Below, in pieces: positions 58,730-64,000 of a DNA stretch of 64,000 bases. Source of the stretch: an uncultured Clostridia bacterium. GTDB lineage: Bacteria; Bacillota; Clostridia; Christensenellales; Borkfalkiaceae. The notes below the pieces were generated by a model. That model was given only the letters and a program-made list of their open reading frames with translations. It had not been told where the DNA came from and searched no databases. The stretch is taken from NCBI GenBank assembly GCA_947632195.1, contig CANROE010000004.1:31183-95182 (forward strand), written 5' to 3'. The position numbers and the translations under genes were made by a program. Every line of letters begins with the position of its first letter. The first letter of the stretch is position 1.

Positions 58730-59556
58730 AACTTGCAGTCATCGGCAAGGACGTCTCCAAATCGGACAGCCCTGCCATTCATGAATTTATCCTTCGCCGC
58801 CGCTTTTCCGTGTCCTGCACCTATGACAAGGTGAGCATTCCGCCCGAGCAATTTCACGCGCGTGCGGAGGAGCTCTTTTCCCGCTACGACGGCTTTAACG
58901 TCACCATTCCCTTCAAGGGGGAGATCCTGCCCTATCTCAGCGGACTCAAAGGGGACGCCGCTGCGTTCGGCGCGGTGAATACGGTGCTTGCAGGGCCTCG
59001 GCTCGGATACAACACGGACGGCTACGGGTTTCTTTTAATGCTCGGGAACGAGGGGATCGAGGTAAAGGGGAAGTCCGTTCTCGTGCTCGGCGCGGGCGGC
59101 GCGGGCAGAAGCTGCGTCAAAAAACTCATCGGGGCGGGCGCGGAAGTGTTCGTCTGCGAGCGGGACAGCGCACGGCTTGCGGCAGTCCACGGGGAATTCG
59201 GCGGCTTTACGCCCCTTGAAAGGGTGCCCGAGCGGCATTTCGACCTTCTTTTGAACTGTACGGGGATCGGAATGCACGCCACGGAGGGCATGCTCCCCAC
59301 CCTTTGCTACGAGAGCGGGGAAACGGACACCGCCGAGCGGCTGTTAAAGGAGTGCGGGCAGGCGGCGGACCTCATCTATGTGCCCGCCCGTTCCGAATTT
59401 CTGCGCGTTGCGGAGCGTTACGGCAAGCGGACTGTCAACGGCGCGTCCATGCTCTTCTATCAGGCTTATATGGCAGACTGCGTTTATCTTTCGGCGTCTC
59501 CGGACGCGGAGGAGGCGGCAAGGCTGTGGAAAGAATATCAAGGAGAAAGACAATGA
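58723..59556 (+). CDS. aroE: shikimate dehydrogenase
   Basis: SKSDSPAIHE, NVTIPFK, NTDG and GAGGAGRS (Rossmann fold). Confidence 0.9.
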   Translation: MLKLAVIGKDVSKSDSPAIHEFILRRRFSVSCTYDKVSIPPEQFHARAEELFSRYDGFNVTIPFKGEILPYLSGLKGDAAAFGAVNTVLAGPRLGYNTDGYGFLLMLGNEGIEVKGKSVLVLGAGGAGRSCVKKLIGAGAEVFVCERDSARLAAVHGEFGGFTPLERVPERHFDLLLNCTGIGMHATEGMLPTLCYESGETDTAERLLKECGQAADLIYVPARSEFLRVAERYGKRTVNGASMLFYQAYMADCVYLSASPDAEEAARLWKEYQGERQ

Positions 59557-59975
59557 AATTTTTGGTGATCAACGGCGTCAACCTCGCCAGAACAGGCAAG
59601 CGCGAAAGAGGCGTGTACGGCGAAGAGACCCTCGATACGATCAATAGCGAACTGCAAGCGTTTGTCAAGGCGCACGGGCACGAGGCGGACTTTTTCCAAT
59701 CGGACGTAGAGGGCGAACTCTGCGCAAAGATCGGGCAAGCAGACGGAAACTACGACGGGATCGTGCTGAATGCGGGCGCGTACACCCACTATTCCTACGC
59801 GCTGCGGGACGCGATCGCGGGCGTCTCCACCCCCGTTGTGGAGGTGCATATGAGCAACGTCCATGCGCGGGAGGAATTCCGCAATACTTCCGTTCTCACC
59901 GAAGTTTGCAGGGGCGAAGTGCTCGGTTTCGGCAAGAACAGCTATAAATTGGCATTGGAGAGTTTTTGGCTATGA
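59553..59975 (+). CDS. aroQ: type II 3-dehydroquinate dehydratase
   Basis: 140 aa from the internal ATG. MKFLVINGVNLARTGKRE..YG, NAGAYTHYSYALRDA and VEVHMSN. Confidence 0.9.
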   Translation: MKFLVINGVNLARTGKRERGVYGEETLDTINSELQAFVKAHGHEADFFQSDVEGELCAKIGQADGNYDGIVLNAGAYTHYSYALRDAIAGVSTPVVEVHMSNVHAREEFRNTSVLTEVCRGEVLGFGKNSYKLALESFWL

Positions 59976-60484
59976 ATATCGTACTTTGCGGCATGATGGG
60001 CGTGGGAAAATCCACCATCGGCATTAAAATCGCGGAACTCACCGGACGGCGCTGGATCGATACCGACGGTATCATCACCGCGCGCTACGGCAGGATCTCG
60101 GATATTTTTGAATACTACGGCGAGGGGCACTTCCGCGAGCTCGAAACGGAGATCACCCGCGAGTTTGCCAAGCAGGACGGCCTCGTCATCTCCACGGGCG
60201 GCGGGTTGGTGCTCAACTACGAGAACAGCGAGCTGCTCAAAAAGAACGGAAAGCTCTTCTTTTTGCGCGCCTCCCTGCAAACGATCCTCGATCGGGTATA
60301 TGCCGACGAGACCCGTCCCCTTCTGCGGGGCGCGGACAACGCCGAGGAGCGGCTTAAAGGGCTCCTTGCCGCCCGCCTGCCCGTTTACGAGCATGTGGCG
60401 GACCACATCATCGATACCGACGACAAGTCGGTGGAGCAGACGGCGGCGGAGATTTTGGCGCTTGTCGCGGGAGATCAGCCGTGA
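59972..60484 (+). CDS. aroK: shikimate kinase
   Basis: MNIVLCGMMGVGKSTIG (P-loop). The ATG overlaps the aroQ stop. Confidence 0.9.
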   Translation: MNIVLCGMMGVGKSTIGIKIAELTGRRWIDTDGIITARYGRISDIFEYYGEGHFRELETEITREFAKQDGLVISTGGGLVLNYENSELLKKNGKLFFLRASLQTILDRVYADETRPLLRGADNAEERLKGLLAARLPVYEHVADHIIDTDDKSVEQTAAEILALVAGDQP

Positions 60485-61182
60485 AATATGCGTTGATCAC
60501 GGGCGGCACGCGCGGCGTCGGACTTGCGGCGGCCGAGCGCTTTGTTCGGGCGGGCTTTTGCGTCACCGCCCTCTATTCGCGCGCGGAGGAGGACGCCGAA
60601 AGGGCGCGGGCGCAGCTCCCCGCAGTTTCCTTTGTCCGTGCGGACGTTTCCAAGGAGGAGGAAGTGAGAGGGGTGTTCGGGCGCCTGCCCGCCCTCGACG
60701 TGCTTGTGAACAACGCGGGCGTCTCCCTCTTTTCGCAGGTGCAGGACACTTCATGGGAGGCGTGGGAGCGCGTAATGGCGGTAAACGCGGGCGGCGTGTT
60801 CCTCTGCTCAAAATACGGCGTGAAAAAGCTGCTCGAAAGGGGAGAAGGCGCCATCGTCAACGTCTCCTCGGTATGGGGAGAGACGGGCGGCAGCTGCGAG
60901 AGCGCCTACTCCGCCTCAAAGGGGGCGGTCATCGCGTTTTCCAAGGCGCTCGCAAAGGAGCTCGCCCCCTCGCACATTACCGTAAACTGCATTTCTCCCG
61001 GGGTCATCGACACCCGCATGAACGCACGGCTCTCGGAAGAGGAGCGGAAAGCGCTCGAAGAAGAGATTCCGCTCGGCAGATTCGGCACAGCGGAGGAGGT
61101 CGCCGAGCTAATATACCGCATTTCACAGCAAAAATACCTCACCGGACAGGATATTGCCCTCAATGGGGGATATTGGATCTGA
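60481..61182 (+). CDS. SDR family oxidoreductase (FabG-like)
   Basis: ITGGTRGVG, NNAG and YSASKGAV (YxxxK). The GTG start overlaps the aroK stop (GTGA). Confidence 0.85.
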   Translation: MKYALITGGTRGVGLAAAERFVRAGFCVTALYSRAEEDAERARAQLPAVSFVRADVSKEEEVRGVFGRLPALDVLVNNAGVSLFSQVQDTSWEAWERVMAVNAGGVFLCSKYGVKKLLERGEGAIVNVSSVWGETGGSCESAYSASKGAVIAFSKALAKELAPSHITVNCISPGVIDTRMNARLSEEERKALEEEIPLGRFGTAEEVAELIYRISQQKYLTGQDIALNGGYWI

Positions 61183-61204
61183 AAGAGACGGAAATACACA
61201 CTAA

Positions 61205-61228
61205 AAGCCCCACGATAGGGGCTTTTTT
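61205..61228 (+). terminator. rho-independent terminator after the aro/SDR block
   Basis: AAGCCCC-acgata-GGGGCTT followed by TTTT. Confidence 0.7.
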
Positions 61229-61245
61229 GCTTGTTAGCATAGTAT

Positions 61246-61326
61246 TATGCGTGACATAATATATACTATGTCAGACATAATAGAGTACTTTGTGTGACAT
61301 AAATGGGTAATACTATGTCACGCATA
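61246..61326. promoter_or_regulatory. array of four 13-nt TATG(C/T)(G/C)(T/A)GACATA-type motifs (three direct, one inverted)
   Basis: TATGCGTGACATA is at 61246-61258, TATGTCAGACATA at 61267-61279 and TTTGTGTGACATA at 61289-61301. The exact reverse complement of the first (TATGTCACGCATA) is at 61314-61326. Confidence 0.35.
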
Positions 61327-61417
61327 GTATTTAGATGAAAGCAATTTTGAAAATTTTGACAAAATTTTTTTCAAAAAAAGAGGAGTTTTGCGCTCTTCCG
61401 TCGAAATAAATACTGTT

Positions 61418-62410
61418 ATGAAGGAAAAAATTTATGAACGAGAACGCGCCTATCTCTCTCCCTATGCGCAGCTGTCCGAAAACACGAAGGGCAGGGAGCG
61501 GGAGGAGGAGCCCTGCTGCATGCGGACGGACTTCCAGCGCGACCGCGACCGGATCATCTATTCCAAGGCCTTTTTGCGGCTGAAAAACAAGACGCAGGTC
61601 TTTTTCGCGCCCGACGGGGATCACTATATGTCCCGCCTCACGCACACCCTCGATGTGAGCCAGATCGCCCGTTCCCTTGCGCGGTGTCTGTGCCTCAACG
61701 AGGACCTCTGCGAGGCGATCGCGCTCGGGCACGATTTGGGGCATACCCCCTTCGGCCATGTGGGGGAGCGGGTGCTCAACCGTATCGCGCCCTGCGGGTT
61801 TCATCATTATGAGCAGTCTCTCAGGGTCGTGGACAAGCTCGAAAAGGACGGGAAGGGGCTCAACCTCACTTATGAAGTACGGAGCGGCATTCTCAACCAC
61901 ACGCCTGCGGGCACGCCCGAGACGCTCGAAGCGGAGGTGGTGCGGCTCGCCGATCTCATCGCCTACATCAATCACGACATCGAGGACGCCATCCGCGCGG
62001 GATTTCTCAAAGCGGAGCAGCTGCCCAAGGAGCCCATCGCCCTGCTCGGGCATGCCACTTCGGAGCGGATCAACTCCGCCATTCTCGATATTTACAGGGA
62101 GTCGTACGGAAAGCCCTATGTCAAGACGTCCGACGGCATGGGCGAGGCGCTGAGGGAGCTGCGTGCGTTCATGTTCCGCACGGTGTACGAGCAGGCGAAC
62201 AAGCTCATACAGGAGAGTGCGGAGCGCATGCTCGGCGCGCTCTATACATATTTTCTGCAAAAGCCCGACCAACTTCCGCCGCTCTATCTCGGTCTTATTG
62301 AAGAGGACGGGACCGACCGCGCGGTGTGCGATTATCTCTCCTCCATGAGCGACCGCTATGCCGTCAATCTCTTCAAGCAGCTGTTTGTGCCGAGGGAGGG
62401 GAGCGTATGA
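61418..62410 (+). CDS. dgt: dGTPase-like HD-domain triphosphohydrolase
   Basis: RTDFQRDRDRIIYSKAFLRLKNKTQVF, SRLTHTLDVSQIAR and GHDLGHTPFGH. The start is uncertain: ATG 61418 was chosen, and the track TTG 61388 lies only 2 nt after an AGGAG. Confidence 0.85.
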   Translation: MKEKIYERERAYLSPYAQLSENTKGREREEEPCCMRTDFQRDRDRIIYSKAFLRLKNKTQVFFAPDGDHYMSRLTHTLDVSQIARSLARCLCLNEDLCEAIALGHDLGHTPFGHVGERVLNRIAPCGFHHYEQSLRVVDKLEKDGKGLNLTYEVRSGILNHTPAGTPETLEAEVVRLADLIAYINHDIEDAIRAGFLKAEQLPKEPIALLGHATSERINSAILDIYRESYGKPYVKTSDGMGEALRELRAFMFRTVYEQANKLIQESAERMLGALYTYFLQKPDQLPPLYLGLIEEDGTDRAVCDYLSSMSDRYAVNLFKQLFVPREGSV

Positions 62411-64000
62411 GCGCGGGCGCTTACGCCGAATTTCTGACGCAGCTCAAAGAGAAGAACGATCTTGTCGAGGTCATCGGTTCCTACCTCAAACTCGAACGGC
62501 GCGGCTACACCTATTGGGCGTGCTGTCCCTTTCACCATGAAAAGACGCCGTCCTTTGCGGTGAATGCCGCCGACAGATACTATCACTGTTTCGGGTGCGG
62601 CGTTTCGGGAGACGTCATCTCCTTTGTAAAGGAATACGAGAACGTCGATTTCCGCCAGGCGGTGGAGATCCTCGCAAAGCGCGTCGGGCTGGAAGTTCCC
62701 GCAATGGACAACCGCGAGGCGGAGGCGGCGCAGAAAAAGAAGGCGCAAAAGGACAGGCTGCTTGCGCTGATGAAGGACGCGGCGCGGTTCTACCTCAACA
62801 ACCTTTGGTCGGGGAGGGCGGAAACGCACCTCGAATATCTCGGCAGGCGGAAGGTGGAGCCCACCACGATGAAAAAATTCGGGCTGGGGGCCTCGCTCGA
62901 TTTCAACGCGCTGCCCAAATATCTGCTCGACAAGGGCTATACCGCCGAGGAGTGCGTTTTGAGCGGCGCCTGCGGCAGGACGGAGGAGGGCAGGCTGTTC
63001 GATTCTCTGGGCGGCAGGCTCATCATTCCCATCATCAACAATCTCGACGAGGTGATCGCATTCGGCGGCCGCATGCTGGTCAAAACCGACCGCGCAAAAT
63101 ACAAGAACACCTGCGATACCCCCCTCTTCGATAAACGCAAAAATTTATACAACATCAACCTTGTAAAAAAGGAAAAGAGGCTCGCGGCCCTGCCCAATCT
63201 CATCATGCTCGAAGGGTATATGGACGTGATCTCCCTCTACCAGGCGGGGTTCCACAACGTCGTGGCGAGCATGGGGACGTCGCTCACCAAGGAGCAGGTG
63301 CGGCTGTGCAAGCGGTATTCGGACACGGTGCTCATCAGCTACGACGGCGACGCGGCGGGGCAGTCGGCGAATCTTCGTGGGCTCAGATTGCTCGAAGACG
63401 AGGGAGTGAACATCCGCGTGGTGCCCCTGCCCGACGGGCTCGACCCCGACGACGTGATCGTCAAAAGGGGGGCGGAGGAGTACAAAAAGTGCCTGTCTGC
63501 CGCCATGCCCCTCATCGACTACCGTCTGCTTGCCGCAAAGCGCAAGTTCGACCTTTCCGATCCCTACGAGCGGCGGGAATATGTCCGCGAGGCGCTCGGG
63601 GTGGTCAAGGAGGCGGAGAGCGCTTCGGAGCGGGAAGAGCTGTTAAAACGGGTCTCGCAAGAGGCGAACGTGAGCTATACATCCCTGCTGCGCGATCTCG
63701 AAAGCGCGCCGCAGAGGACGGAGGCGCCTCCGCCCCCGCCGCGTGCGCGGGAGGAGACGGACGGGGGACGCAAAGCGGAGCGGTTTGTGCTCGCCGCCTG
63801 CCTCTTCAACAAGGAGTACGCCAAAAATTGCAATTTATATGAATTCGGGTTTCGGGACGAAACTTTGGAGCAGCTCTCCGAGTACATTATGGAGGAGCGC
63901 GAGAAAGGGGCGGTGCGGCCGAGCGGGGTATTCGATCTCTTCGGCTCGGACAACGCCGAGCTCAACGCGGTGCTCGAAAAGAACAACGGCGAGCTCGAAG
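62407..64000 (+). CDS. dnaG: DNA primase (5' part; continues beyond the window)
   Basis: Read by eye in frame 1: MSAGAYAEFLTQLKEKNDLVEVIGSYLKLERRGYTYWACCPFHHEKTPSFAVN...YHCFGCGVSGDVISF (CHC2 zinc finger). A TOPRIM segment LMLEGYMDVISLYQAGFHNVVASMGTSL lies near 63200. The ATG overlaps the dgt stop. Confidence 0.9.
   Translation, partial: MSAGAYAEFLTQLKEKNDLVEVIGSYLKLERRGYTYWACCPFHHEKTPSFAVNAADRYYHCFGCGVSGDVISFVKEYENVDFRQAVEILAKRVGLEVPAMDNREAEAAQKKKAQKDRLLALMKDAARFYLNNLWSGRAETHLEYLGRRKVEPTTMKKFGLGASLDFNALPKYLLDKGYTAEECVLSGACGRTEEGRLFDSLGGRLIIPIINNLDEVIAFGGRMLVKTDRAKYKNTCDTPLFDKRKNLYNINLVKKEKRLAALPNLIMLEGYMDVISLYQAGFHNVVASMGTSLTKEQVRLCKRYSDTVLISYDGDAAGQSANLRGLRLLEDEGVNIRVVPLPDGLDPDDVIVKRGAEEYKKCLSAAMPLIDYRLLAAKRKFDLSDPYERREYVREALGVVKEAESASEREELLKRVSQEANVSYTSLLRDLESAPQRTEAPPPPPRAREETDGGRKAERFVLAACLFNKEYAKNCNLYEFGFRDETLEQLSEYIMEEREKGAVRPSGVFDLFGSDNAELNAVLEKNNGELE

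Noticed and set aside
61249-61276. Chromosomal dif site at the replication terminus
   Set aside because: The core resembles dif, but the outer arms match poorly. Genes on both sides run in the same direction with no strand-bias switch. dnaG neighbourhoods are not usually terminus-proximal. I kept it only as an alternative reading within the motif-array finding.

Overview
GC-rich chromosomal window that looks like a spore-forming Firmicute. The gene order is Clostridia-type: nrdR-ispG-[polC slot]-rimP-nusA-ylxR-ylxQ-infB-rbfA-nrnA-truB-ribF, mcsA-mcsB-clpC, rny, a cotF-like pair, and mtnN/luxS/ung. There are about 60 credible protein genes. Most are on the + strand and many are translationally coupled through ATGA/GTGA overlaps. 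Other housekeeping content includes argS, ychF, nth, efp, dtd, pepP, an aroC-aroB-aroE-aroQ-aroK block and dgt-dnaG. I recognised no rRNA, tRNA, CRISPR array, transposase or integrase. Eight things deserve a second look. (1) A modular family of hairpin-forming intergenic repeats fills at least 7 spacers, roughly 3.7 kb by my coordinates. It includes a 1.7-kb gene-poor island and a 727-bp block between rimP and nusA. (2) A monocistronic 114-aa Cys/Gly/Asn-rich gene has an 18-bp tandem repeat encoding (NNGCGC)x4. (3) A 9.2-kb translationally coupled operon encodes a giant MBG-repeat lipoprotein, an ABC ATPase, a polytopic permease and a 986-aa Ig-like/possible beta-helix exoprotein, preceded by a BspA-type LRR lipoprotein. 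(4) A 508-aa PolC-like protein (N-terminal, OB and exonuclease regions only) occupies the canonical polC position. (5) The mcsA-mcsB-clpC genes lack ctsR and are fused to a unit headed by a membrane-anchored XRE regulator and a DUF1653 gene. (6) Three promoters place an ATG exactly 6 nt after TATAAT, suggesting leaderless mRNAs. (7) An orphan minus-strand terminator may mark a small RNA. (8) Smaller oddities are a perfect 29-bp tandem duplication of the mtnN start region, a terminator-like hairpin in the rimP leader, and a 4-copy motif array upstream of dgt-dnaG. All family assignments come from motif recognition by eye and no database search was run.
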